A stretch of DNA of 63,743 nucleotides, counting the filler, from Raillietiella orientalis (taxonomy: Eukaryota): NCBI GenBank assembly GCA_036172245.1. It is 3 parts of 3 records of this genome, joined end to end, with 100 filler letters (N's around TTAATTAATTAA, not from the genome) between each part and the next. Parts side by side here need not be neighbours in the genome. Positions count along the whole stretch, not along the records: positions 1 to 21,727 come from JAYWIR010000232.1; positions 21,828 to 42,872 come from JAYWIR010000233.1; 1 more part is not named here. One strand, given 5' to 3'. Both the position numbers and the translations under genes were made by a program. Below are positions 15,001-26,989 of this stretch, piece after piece. The notes under the pieces were generated by a model. That model did no database searches. It worked only from the letters and a program-made list of their open reading frames with translations, and was not told the origin of the DNA. Each line of letters starts with the position of its first letter. Position 1 is the first letter of the stretch.

Positions 15001-18000
15001 AGATTCGGAGGAAGTGGGGATGTGATAAAGGTGCCTTTGCATCCATGGGGAAAGGAATCCGTTCGGATGCTCGGAAGGAGCCGAACGATGTAATAGACAT
15101 TATAGAAATTGTCTTGAAATCACCAGACACTGCAAATTTGCACTGAAAAAAGGAAGATGGAGGGAAGAAAACTTCATCTCTCCATTGCAAAAATGGTTGC
15201 CATGAAAACCAGACTAACACCAATCCTGCCATCTTGAAATTAGTTCGGTTCTCCTATGATTTCTTCCCTTGGAGCAAGGGATTCCGAGGAAGCGGGGATG
15301 TGATAAAGGTGCCGTTGCATCCACGGGGAAAGGAATCCGTTCGGATGCTCGGAAGGAGCTTAAAGATGTAATCGACATTATAGAAATTATTAGATATCAG
15401 CAGACACTGCAAATTTGCACTGAAAAAAGGAAGATGGAGGATAAAAAACTCATCTCTCCATTGCAAAAATGGTTGCCATGAAAACCAGACTAACACCAAT
15501 CCTGCCATCTTGAAATTAGTTCGGTTCTCCTATGATTTCTTCCCTTGGAGCAAGGGATTCCGAGGAAGCGGGGATGTGATAAAGGTGCCGTTGCATCCAC
15601 GGGGAAAGGAATCCGTTCGGATGCTCGGAAGGAGCTTAAAGATGTAATCGACATTATAGAAATTATTAGATATCAGCAGACACTGCAAATTTGCACTGAA
15701 AAAAGGAAGATGGAGGGTAAAAAACTTCATCTCTCCATTGCAAAAATGGTTGCCATGAAAACCAGACTAACACCAATCCTGCCATCTTGCAATTAGTTCG
15801 GTTCTCCTATGATTTCTTCCCTTGGAGCAAGGGATTCCGAGGAAGCGGGGATGTGATAAAGGTGCCGTTGCATCCACGGGGAAAGGAATCCGTTCGGATG
15901 CTCGGAAGGAGCTTAAAGATGTAATCGACATTATAGAAATTGATTAGATATCAGCAGACACTGCAAATTTGCACTGAAAAAAGGAAGATGGAGGGTAAAA
16001 AACTTCATCTCTCCATTGCAAAAATGGTTGCCATGAAAACCAGACTAACACCTGTCCTGCCATCTTGCAATTAGTTCGGTTCTCCTATGATTTCTTCCCT
16101 TGGAGCAAGGGATTCCGAGGAAGCGGGGATGTGATAAAGGTGCCGTTGCATCCACGGGGAAAGGAATCCGTTCGGATGCTCGGAAGGAGCTTAAAGATGT
16201 AATCGACATTATAGAAATTGATTAGATATCAGCAGACACTGCAAATTTGCACTGAAAAAAGGAAGATGGAGGGTAAAAAACTTCATCTCTCCATTGCAAA
16301 AATGGTTGCCATGAAAACCAGACTAACACCTGTCCTGCCATCTTGCAATTAGTTCGGTTCTCCTATGATTTCTTCTCGTGGAGCAAGAGATTCGGAGGAA
16401 GTGGGGATGTGATAAAGGTGCCGTTGCATCCACGGGGAAAGGAATCCGTTCGAATGCTCGGAAGGAGCATAAAGATGTAATCGACATTATAGAAATTGAT
16501 TAGATATCACCAGACACTGCAAATTTGCACTGAAAAAAGGAAGATGGAGGGTAAAAACCTTCATCTCTCCATTGCAAAAATGGTTGCCATGAAAACCAGA
16601 CTAACACCAATCCTGCCATCTTGAAATTAGTTCGGTTCTCCTATGATTTCTTCCCTTGGAGCAAGGGATTCCGAGGAAGCGGGGATGTGATAAAGGTGCC
16701 GTTGCATCCACGGGGAAAGGAATCCGTTCGGATGCTCGGAAGGAGCTTAAAGATGTAATCGACATTATAGAAATTATTAGATATCAGCAGACACTGCAAA
16801 TTTGCACTGAAAAAAGGAAGATGGAGGGTAAAAAACTTCATCTCTCCATTGCAAAAATGGTTGCCATGAAAACCAGACTAACACCTGTCCTGCCATCTTG
16901 CAATTAGTTCGGTTCTCCTATGATTTCTTCACGTGGAGCAAGAGATTCGCAGGAAGTGGGGATGTGATAAAGGTGCCTTTGCATCCATGGGGAAAGGAAT
17001 CCGTTCGGATGCTCGGAAGGAGCTTAAAGATGTAATAGACATTATAGAAATTGACTAGATATCACCAGACACTGCAAATTTGCACTGAAAAAAGGAAGAT
17101 GGAGGGTAAAAAACTTCATCTCTCCATTGCAAAAATGGTTGCCATGAAAACCAGACTAACACCTGTCCTGCCATCTTGAAATTAGTTCGGTTCTCCTATG
17201 ATTTCTTCTCGTGGAGCAAGGGATTCCGAGGAAGTGGGGATGTGATAAAGGTGCCGTTGCATCCACGGGGAAAGGAATCCGTTCGGATGCTCGGAAGGAG
17301 CTTAAATATGTAATCGACATTATAGAAATTGATTATTTATCAGCAGACACTGCAAATTTGCACTGAAAAAAGGAAGATGGAGGGAAGAAAACTTCATCTC
17401 TCCATTGCAAAAATGGTTGCCATGAAAACCAGACTAACACCTGTCCTGCCATCTTGCAATTAGTTCGGTTCTCCTATGATTTCTTCACGTGGAGCAAGAG
17501 ATTCGGAGGAAGTGGGGATGTGATAAAGGTGCCTTTGCATCCATGGGGAAAGGAATCCGTTCGGATGCTCGGAAGGAGCCGAACGATGTAATAGACATTA
17601 TAGAAATTGTCTTGAAATCACCAGACACTGCAAATTTGCACTGAAAAAAGGAAGATGGAGGGAAGAAAACTTCATCTCTCCATTGCAAAAATGGTTGCCA
17701 TGAAAACCAGACTAACACCAATCCTGCCATCTTGAAATTAGTTCGGTTCTCCTATGATTTCTTCCCTTGGAGCAAGGGATTCCGAGGAAGCGGGGATGTG
17801 ATAAAGGTGCCGTTGCATCCACGGGGAAAGGAATCCGTTCGGATGCTCGGAAGGAGCTTAAAGATGTAATCGACATTATAGAAATTATTAGATATCAGCA
17901 GACACTGCAAATTTGCACTGAAAAAAGGAAGATGGAGGGTAAAAAACTTCATCTCTCCATTGCAAAAATGGTTGCCATGAAAACCAGACTAACACCAGTC

Positions 18001-21000
18001 CTGCCATCTTGCAATTAGTTCGGTTCTCCTATGATTTCTTCCCTTGGAGCAAGGGATTCCGAGGAAGTGGGGATGTGATAAAGGTGCCGTTGCATCCACG
18101 GGGAAAGGAATCCGTTCGGATGCTCGGAAGGAGCTTAAAGATGTAATCGACATTATAGAAATTATTAGATATCAGCAGACACTGCAAATTTGCACTGAAA
18201 AAAGGAAGATGGAGGGTAAAAAACTTCATCTCTCCATTGCAAAAATAGTTGCCATGAAAACCAGACTAACACCTGTCCTGCCATCTTGCAATTAGTTCGG
18301 TTCTCCTATGATTTCTTCCCTTGGAGCAAGGGATTCCGAGGAAGCGGGGATGTGATAAAGGTGCCGTTGCATCCACGGGGAAAGGAATCCGTTCGGATGC
18401 TCGGAAGGAGCTTAAAGATGTAATCGACATTATAGAAATTATTAGATATCAGCAGACACTGCCAATTTGCACTGAAAAAAGGAAGATGGAGGGTAAAAAA
18501 CTTCATCTCTCCATTACAAAAATGGTTGCCATGAAAACCAGACTAACACCTGTCCTGCCATCTTGCAATTAGTTCGGTTCTCCTATGATTTCTTCACGTG
18601 GAGCAAGAGATTCGCAGGAAGTGGGGATGTGATAAAGGTGCCTTTGCATCCATGGGGAAAGGAATCCGTTCGGATGCTCGGAAGGAGCCGAACGATGTAA
18701 TAGACATTATAGAAATTGTCTTGAAATCACCAGACACTGCAAATTTGCACTGAAAAAAGGAAGATGGAGGGTAAAAAACTTCATCTCTCCATTGCAAAAA
18801 TGGTTGCCATGAAAACCAGACTAACACCAATCCTGCCATCTTGAAATTAGTTCGGTTCTCCTATGATTTCTTCTCGTGGAGCAAGGGATTCCGAGGAAGT
18901 GGGGATGTGATAAAGGTGCCGTTGCATCCACGGGGAAAGGAATCCGTTCGGATGCTCGGAAGGAGCTTAAAGATGTAATCGACATTATAGAAATTGATTA
19001 GATATCAGCAGACACTGCAAATTTGCACTGAAAAAGGAAGATGGAGGGTAAAAAACTTCATCTCTCCATTGCAAAAATGGTTGCCATGAAAACCAGACTA
19101 ACACCAATCCTGCCATCTTGAAATTAGTTCGGTTCTCCTATGATTTCTTCTCGTGGAGCAAGGGATTCGGAGGAAGTGGGGATGTGATAAAGGTGCCTTT
19201 GCATCCATGGGGAAAGGAATCCGTTCGGATGCTCGGAAGGAGCTTAAAGATGTAATAGACATTATAGAAATTGATTAGATATCAGCAGACACTGCAAATT
19301 TGCACTGAAAAAAGGAAGATGGAGGGTAAAAACTTCATCTGTCCATTGCAAAAATGGTTGCCATGAAAACCAGACTAACACCAATCCTGCCATCTTGAAA
19401 TTAGTTCGGTTCTCCTATGATTTCTTCCCTTGGAGCAAGGGATTCCGAGGAAGCGGGGATGTGATAAAGGTGCCGTTGCATCCACGGGGAAAGGAATCCG
19501 TTCGGATGCTCGGAAGGAGCCGAACGATGTAATCGACATTATAGAAATTGATTAGATATCAGCAGACACTGCATATTTGCACTGAAAAAGGAAGATGGAG
19601 GGTAAAAAACTTCATCTGTCCATTGCAAAAAAGGTTGCCATGAAAACCAGACTAACACCAATCCTGCCATCTTGAAATTAGTTCGGTTCTCCTATGATTT
19701 CTTCCCTTGGAGCAAGGGATTCCGAGGAAGTGGGGATGTGATAAAGGTGCCTTTGCATCCACGGGGAAAGGAATCCGTTCGGATGCTCGGAAGGAGCTTA
19801 AAGATGTAATAGACATTATAGAAATTGATTAGATATCAGCAGACACTGCAAATTTGCACTGAAATCAGGAAGATGGAGGGAAAAAAACTTCATCTGTCCA
19901 TTGCAAAAATGGTTGCCATGAAAACCAGACTAACACCAATCCTGCCATCTTGAAATTAGTTCGGTTCTCCTATGATTTCTTCTCGTGGAGCAAGGGATTC
20001 CGAGGAAGTGGGGATGTGATAAAGGTGCCGTTGCATCCACGGGGAAAGGAATCCGTTCGGATGCTCGGAAGGAGCTTAAAGATGTAATAGACATTATAGA
20101 AATTGATTAGATATCAGCAGACACTGCAAATTTGCACTGAAAAAGGAAGATGGAGGGTAAAAAACTTCATCTGTCCATTGCAAAAATGGTTGCCATGAAA
20201 ACCAGACTAACACCAATCCTGCCATCTTGAAATTAGTTCGGTTCTCCTATGATTTCTTCCCTTGGAGCAAGGGATTCCGAGGAAGTGGGGATGTGATAAA
20301 GGTGCCGTTGCATCCACGGGGAAAGGAATCCGTTCGGATGCTCGGAAGGAGCCGAACGATGTAATAGACATTATAGAAATTGTCTTGAAATCACCAGACA
20401 CTGCAAATTTGCACTGAAAAAAGGAAGATGGAGGGAAGAAAACTTCATCTGTCCATTGCAAAAAAGGTTGCCATGAAAACCAGACTAACACCAATCCTGC
20501 CATCTTGAAATTAGTTCGGTTCTCCTATGATTTCTTCCCGTGGAGCAAGGGATTCCGAGGAAGTGGGGATGTGATAAAGGTGCCTTTGCATCCATGGGGA
20601 AAGGAATCCGTTCGGATGCTCGGAAGGAGCTTAAAGATGTAATAGACATTATAGAAATTGATTAGATATCAGCAGACACTGCAAATTTGCACTGAAAAAA
20701 GGAAGATGGAGGGTAAAAAACTTCATCTCTCCATTGCAAAAATGGTTGCCATGAAAACCAGACTAACACCAATCCTGCCATCTTGAAATTAGTTCGGTTC
20801 TCCTATGATTTCTTCCCTTGGAGCAAGGGATTCCGAGGAAGTGGGGATGTGATAAAGGTGCCTTTGCATCCACGGGGAAAGGAATCCGTTCGGATGCTCG
20901 GAAGGAGCCGAACGATGTAATAGACATTATAGAAATTGTCTTGAAATCACCAGACACTGCAAATTTGCACTGAAAAAGGAAGATGGAGGGTAAAAAACTT

Positions 21001-21727
21001 CATCTGTCCATTGCAAAAAAGGTTGCCATGAAAACCAGACTAACACCAATCCTGCCATCTTGAAATTAGTTCGGTTCTCCTATGATTTCTTCCCTTGGAG
21101 CAAGGGATTCCGAGGAAGTGGGGATGTGATAAAGGTGCCGTTGCATCCACGGGGAAAGGAATCCGTTCGGATGCTCGGAAGGAGCTTAAAGATGTAATCG
21201 ACATTATAGAAATTGATTAGATATCAGCAGACACTGCAAATTTGCACTGAAAAAAGGAAGATGGAGGGTAAAAAACTTCATCTGTCCATTGCAAAAATGG
21301 TTGCCATGAAAACCAGACTAACACCAATCCTGCCATCTTGAAATTAGTTCGGTTCTCCTATGATTTCTTCCCTTGGAGCAAGGGATTCCGAGGAAGTGGG
21401 GATGTGATAAAGGTGCCTTTGCATCCATGGGGAAAGGAATCCGTTCGGATGCTCGGAAGGAGCTTAAAGATGTAATAGACATTATAGAAATTGATTAGAT
21501 ATCAGCAGACACTGCAAATTTGCACTGAAAAAAGGAAGATGGAGGGTAAAAACTTCATCTGTCCATTGCAAAAATGGTTGCCATGAAAACCAGACTAACA
21601 CCAATCCTGCCATCTTGAAATTAGTTCGGTTCTCCTATGATTTCTTCCCTTGGAGCAAGGGATTCCGAGGAAGTGGGGATGTGATAAAGGTGCCGTTGCT
21701 TCCACGGGGAAAGGAATTTCGTTTCGT
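1..21727. repeat. Tandem satellite array, 277-278 bp monomer, about 78 copies
   Basis: A near-identical unit recurs every 277-278 nt (ORF-track copies at 106, 383, 1216, 1762, 2039...). Recurring variant types include CCTTGGAGCAAGGG vs CACGTGGAGCAAGAG and GGAGGG..CTCTCC vs GGACAG..CTGTCC. Each unit carries the palindrome TGCAAATTTGCA. Confidence 0.98.
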
Positions 21728-21827
21728 NNNNNNNNNNNNNNNNNNNNNNNNNNNNNNNNNNNNNNNNNNNNTTAATTAATTAANNNNNNNNNNNNNNNNN
21801 NNNNNNNNNNNNNNNNNNNNNNNNNNN
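21728..21827. other. Artificial contig-concatenation linker (44 N + TTAATTAATTAA + 44 N)
   Basis: Exactly 100 nt with a six-frame-stop core; identical to the linker at 42873-42972. Confidence 0.97.
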
Positions 21828-23164
21828 CGTCATCGATGGTGGTGTCGATGACGGTCGCCGCAGCCGGCTCGCTCTTCTTACTGTTGACAAAGTCAACAGA
21901 GGGGAGGTCGTAGGTAGCGGCGAGTTCTTTCTGGCAGCTTTCGGCAACATCGACAACGCGTTTGACGACGACGCTGCACTCTGTAATTATCGCGCTACCC
22001 TGCTTTTTCTTCTTCTGTTAGTAGGCGATTTTTTTTTCCATCCTCCACTCCTTCTTTGATTTTTTTGCCGTTGCCACTTGCCACTCAGTCTTCTGGTTGG
22101 CTCCCTCAACTTTTTCGGCGTTGGTCGCCGGGGTCTCGGGTTCGGCCTGGGTCTTAAGCGCGGGTGGCACAGCCTTCACGGCAGCTTTCGCCGCCATTCT
22201 TTTCTGCAGAAGCCGGGCGCGTTATTTAAGGCTTCTCTTGGAAACCACCCGCACTGCTGCTTTTTGGCACACCTCCCTCGTGTGCCCCATTGTGCCGCAT
22301 ACTTAGCACTGCACGTTGGGACACCTCTTCTTGAGGTGGCCCGATGTATTGGAGAAGCCACAGTTTTTCGGCTTCCCCACATTCCAGAGGTCGACGGTTC
22401 CGCCTTCGACCACCAGTTTGTAGGGAAGAGTGCAGCCCTTTCGAACGGTCACGCGCGCAGCCGTGAGGCCGTGTTGCAGCCTTGTGTAGTCCCCGAAAGT
22501 ACAATCTTTTGTCCACTGCGCGTGGACCGTTCCAAATTGTTCCAGCGCGGCACGAACCTGATCTTTGCGCATTCGCGCGGTTACACCTAACAGGTGGACC
22601 ACCATGCTGCGGTCCGCCGTAGTGGGGAGAAGCCTACGCGTCCCCATTTCAACATGGGTTTTAAGCAGTCGTTGGACCAGCTCTGCATGCTTGCAGATGA
22701 CCTCAACGTACTGACCCTTGCTGCGGATGATCATAGCGATGAGCTCCTCCTGTTTCACATCGAGAGCGCGCATGCCCTTCGTAAAGGCGCGCGCGCTCTC
22801 TAAAGAATATAGATTGCCTATCTTGTAGAACAATGAGTTGCTATACCCCTCCTCTACATAGACCGACAATTCCGCCGCGGCTGCAGGCGATGAAGCCGAC
22901 ACAACGACGGTCCACGCCCGCGCTGCAGCGGGGACCGATTCTGTGAAGGCGGATGCCCTAACCTCCATCGCCTCTGGGGGCGACGTTGCCGCCGCCCTCT
23001 GGCTCTCAATCGCCTCTGAGGACGGCGTTGCCGCTGCCTCCTGGCCATCCCTGGAGGTCGCGTCAGGCATCCCTGCCTGATCGACCACCGAACCACACGA
23101 CGCTTGCACTGGGGGAGACGTCCTGGCACAAGGAGCACCGAGAAAACACGTTGTGAACCGAAAC
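21828..23164 (-). mobile_element. LINE piece A: 5' region and decayed gag-like ORF1 of an L1/Tx1-like element, cut by the contig edge
   Basis: ORF 22303-23109 (EGYSNSLFYKIGNL...RSMVVHLLGVTARM...AARVTV) is homologous to the ORF1s at 34795 and 40487. It has zinc knuckles CGFSNTSGHLKKRC and C*VCGTMGHTREVC with an in-frame stop, then a Lys-rich tail with ECSVVVKR and ELAAT motifs. Confidence 0.88.
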
Positions 23165-25895
23165 GTTCTCCGCCTCCTAAAGCGTCACTACTCCTCGTTG
23201 TATGTTATGTAGCCAACGGAACGCAGTCTCTCGGAGCTGCTTCTGCCGACGGATTCCCCTGCGGTCGATGAGGAGGAACGCGCCACTCTTGACTTGCCCT
23301 TCACGGCGGAAGAAGTGTCTTCCGCCATAGCGGGCCTCAAGAAGCGCAAGGCGCCAGGTGAGGATAGTTTGCCTGCGGAGTTCTTCCAGTGCTCCGCGGC
23401 GGAACTCATCCCCCTGGTGCTTATGCTTTCTGAGCTGATGCAAGATACGGGCAATGTACCGGCCTCGTTTCGCTCAGCAAAGGTGCGTCTGTTGCCGAAA
23501 GGCGGAGACATGCGCCTTTTAAGCAACTTTCGTATCATCACCTTGGTGAATGCGAAAGTCAAGTTGTTCTCCAGGCTGTGGGTCGCGCGCCTGGGCAGGA
23601 TCGCTGGATCCGTGGTAAATCCGGAGCAGTCTTACGCTGTTCCCGGGCTGTCCATGGAGGCGAACCTGTTCTTCGCGCGCTCGTGGCTCGAGCTGCAACG
23701 CTGCGTGGCGCACGACAGCCAGGCAACCGCATCTGCGGCTGCTGAGGCTAGGCGTCTCTGCATTTGGCCTGGGTAAGCGCCGTGTGCCTTGGCGGTCGCG
23801 TCGATCTTTGCAAGGCGTTCGATTGCGTAAATCAGGATCTCCTGCTGGAGCTCCTGGAACGCCTCGGTCTCCCGGTGCACCTCGTGGCGTATTTGCGCGC
23901 TTGCTGGCGCCACGCGCTCATTTCCATCTCTTTTAGCGGCTGCCACGTGAACGGCGTGCCGGTGCGGCGGGGCATCAGGCAGGGCGACAGCTGAAGCCCG
24001 TTGCTCTTCAGCATCTTCTTTGTGTTAATGCTGAGGGCGTATAGGATGACCCTGGCCAACCTGCCGAGCTCTTGTCCATGAACGCCGTCCTCGGTGGCCT
24101 ATGCTGACCAACTGCTTCTCATCTTACCCATGATCACCGCGGCGTCCAGTCTCGAGGATTTCTTCGAGCTGATTCGCCGGGGAGCGGGCATGAGCGTAAA
24201 CCAAGGCAAGAGCGTGGTCGTACCTATTGGTGCGGCGTGGGAGGGGCAGTCCGACTGGATCCGCCTAAGGATCCCGACCGCTTCCTCCTTGCAATATCTG
24301 GGCTATCCGCTGGGGAACATCAGCCCAGTGGAAGTGTGGTCGGACTGCCTTCGGAAGGCTTCGAATGCCCTGAGCCCGTTCCACCATGGCAGGTTCGTCC
24401 TACCGGAGCGGGCCACGACATGGAACAGCTTCGTTGCCCCCTTCTTGCGCCTCCTGCCTTTTGATTGCCCGCTTCCCTACTCGGCCAAGCTCCAGGCGCA
24501 CAGCCTGTTGAGGAACGCTTTGTGGGGACCTGCGAGTTCCAGGGTCCGCCTGAAAAACTTGGCGGCTCCGCGTCGGGATGCTGGCTTTGGCATCCTGATA
24601 CTGGAGAGAATCGAGCTGCAGGTGCTGCTTCGGATGTTGGCCCTGTGCGCCAACCTTTGGTCCACTCCGTGGTGGGCTCCCGCGCGCCTGCTTCTGCGGC
24701 GCTGCACAGACAGCGATGGATTTCTGTCGCTACGGCCGCACACGGAGCGCGCCACGAGAAGCTTCGGTTTCCCCTTTTAACCGCTTTACTGGCTCCTGGA
24801 TGCCCAGGAATGGATCTCCTGCCGCCCAAGGAACTTTCAAGCCTCGCGGCAGGAACCGTTGCATGGCTGGGCAAAGCTCCAGGATGTTTCCCTCCTTGAA
24901 CTCCGTTGCGCTCACCTCTCCCCGTAGTTCACGGTGGATGAAGTCTGGAACAGCCAGGAGAAGTAAACTCGCGTGACCGTAACGCCCCTCCCCGATGCGC
25001 AGTTAACCCTCAGGGGAAGAGATGACAGCTGCGATCGGGAGAGATGGGAGGTCGCCTGCACCAACGCAGGAAAAACGCGACCTATTGGCGTCTGGAGGAC
25101 TTACGAGCTGGCAGATGCCGCCACGCCTCGCCACATACCGAAGGGACTCCTTCGGTGGAGCGAACACTTGAGTGTGCCCCCCAAGAACTTGCTGTTTCTC
25201 CCTCGTGTTTGAACACTTCTGTGTTCCCCCTTTCGTCGAATCAGGACGTAATTATGCTGGTGCATTGGGGTTTTCACTCCAACCAGCGCACGAACCTTGT
25301 ATCCGGGGGAGTTGTCATCCCAAACTGTAAGCGGTGCGGAAAGTGGAAACGCTCCTGCACCTGCACTTGGACTGCGGTGCACTCCTAGGACTGTGGTGGA
25401 GGCTGGCCTAAGCTCACCTGCACCAGCTGGACACCTCGAGGGATTTGTTGCGCCGCTATTTCACGCCAGGCGGCCTGTCCTTAGGTGCTGTTGTTGTAAC
25501 CGTCTGTTGCATTTGCGCCATCGACAAGTCCCACAGACAACTGGAGAAGTTGGCCATCCTTCGTCAGCCCACCGGCTTAGCCAGCACCAGCATGTCGTCG
25601 GCCGCCATGTGGGTGCATCTTCCAGAGAGCGTGAGGAAAGATATCGCAGTCATCCATCGCCGGTTCTGAAAGGAAGGAACGGCAGAACCAAAGACTTCTG
25701 TCCCCTACCCTCCATATCTTTATTTTTATTTTGTTATACGGTGTATTTGTGGTCCCCTCCCTCCCGTTTTGGGTTTCGGCATACCGACCTGCGTGTCGGG
25801 GATCCCACCCCCTTCGTCTCTTGTTTTCCCCTTTGTCCAGGAACCCGGTTCCCGGATAGTTTACAATAAACGTCCCGGCGCACCCGGGTGATAAA
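23165..25895 (+). mobile_element. LINE piece B: decayed ORF2 from the APE-RT linker through RT and the C-terminal CCHC, plus the complete 3' UTR
   Basis: Motifs KAPGEDSLPAEFF, LLPKGGDMR..NFRIITLVN, VDLCKAFDCVNQ, RRGIRQGDS*SP, VAYADQ (degenerate YADD), YLGYPL and a C-terminal CKRCG..HLHLDC. Several stops and frameshifts; ORF2 stop at 25669; ends AATAAA-hairpin-TGATAAA. Confidence 0.93.
25784..25895 (+). promoter_or_regulatory. Structured 3' terminus of LINE B (CTGCGT-loop hairpin, AATAAA, terminal CCCGG/CCGGG hairpin)
   Basis: CCGAC-CTGCGT-GTCGG at 25784-25799; AATAAA at 25865-25870; CCCGG-CGCAC-CCGGG at 25874-25888; then TGATAAA. Elements D and F have the same architecture. Confidence 0.75.
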
Positions 25896-26708
25896 CAGCG
25901 ACGGCGCGCGTCACCACGAACGACCGAAAGCTTATGCCTTCGCAGATACTCCTCAGTAACGTCGTCGTTTATCTGCGGTTTTCCGGGCAAACCCCAGCTT
26001 GCGGCAACCGCGGGAAGGAGAACCACCGTCCGCGGAAGTGCCCAACACGCAGTTGCCGATACTGTAAGCTGCCCGGCCACTCGATTAACGAGTGCGCCGA
26101 GCTATAACGTAAGAGAAGTGCGAGAAACCTCCACGCACCATCGCCGTCCGCGCCGACGCCATCCGTTTCGTCGTCGGGGAAGAAATCCAGCGCGAACGAG
26201 GATTCGCAGCGGAGAAGTAAAGAGTCCGCTTGCGCGGTCGATTCTCGGAGCTATGCTCCGCAAAAACCCGCGAGAAAGAACAAGAAGCTTCTCCAGGGTG
26301 CTTCAGTAAGGCTCCGAGCAACCCAGTGCGCTGATAACATCGGCCAGGCTGCAAAACCACAGCCGCTTCCGTCCGCTATCGCTCCGGAGAGAAATAACAG
26401 TGGCATGCTCGGAAAGTCCACCGGAGCTACGAAAAAGTAATCGCGCGCTTCTTTGCCCGAGACAGGCAAGCCGGCCACGGCTGGCCGAACGCCAGCAAAG
26501 GTTGAAAAGCCTCGCGCGACCCTCGAGAATCCCGCCACTCTGCCCGCACCTTTCGGTAAGAAGGTGCAGAAGGCAGACAAGGCGAAGGAGACACTGGTCT
26601 TTATCGCCGTGTCCGAGGCCTTGCGAAGGATGCGAAGGACCCTCTAAGCCCTCGCGCCCTGTTCCCGGATAGATTATAATAAACTCCTCGGCGCACCCGG
26701 TGAATAAA
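25896..26708 (+). mobile_element. Element C1: divergent ORF1 3' half followed directly by the LINE-type 3' end (candidate non-autonomous HAL1-like element)
   Basis: One frame from 25895 to 26647 (ATARV..MPSQILL..CGNRGKENHRPRKC, CRYCKLPGHSINEC..SEALRRMRRTL*) with two internal TAA. It is followed by 61 nt containing GTTCCCGGATAG..AATAAACTCCTCGGCGCACCCGGTGAATAAA, which matches B's end. No ORF2. Confidence 0.7.
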
Positions 26709-26985
26709 CAGCCGACCCCCTGCGATCTTCTTTATCTCCTGGACGTCTGCCGCGGTCATCACGTGGATCTCCTGCAGGAGTGCCAGGTCAATGTCACGCA
26801 GGGTGTCGGCCGTATCTCGTCTGTAGCTGTCCTCGCGCAGCCCGTAGACGTTCCAACTGGGCACGCGGATCCGACGGCGACAGGTGAGCCCAGGTGTTAT
26901 TCCTTGGAAATTGGCTCTGCGGCGTCCGCCACCTGTTGGGTCGGGACGCTAGGTGTAGGGAGAGGGTTAGTTGCTGAAGTCTGGA
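26709..26985 (-). mobile_element. LINE fragment I: ORF1 end and APE endonuclease start, same family as G
   Basis: QQVADAAEPISKE* followed by ..RRRIRVPSWNVYGLREDSYRRDTADTLRDIDLALLQEIHV..GGRL; nucleotide-similar to 42180-42420. Confidence 0.88.
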
Positions 26986-26989
26986 ATGG

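Noticed and set aside
106..20957. Repeated 60-98 aa ORFs in the 278-bp satellite
   Set aside because: They appear or vanish with single-base monomer indels, overlap on both strands and contain no recognisable motif.
1..21727. CRISPR array, or tandem tRNA/5S genes (GTTCG motifs resembling a B box)
   Set aside because: There are no unique spacers and no cas genes, and I could not build a cloverleaf or recognise an RNA gene.
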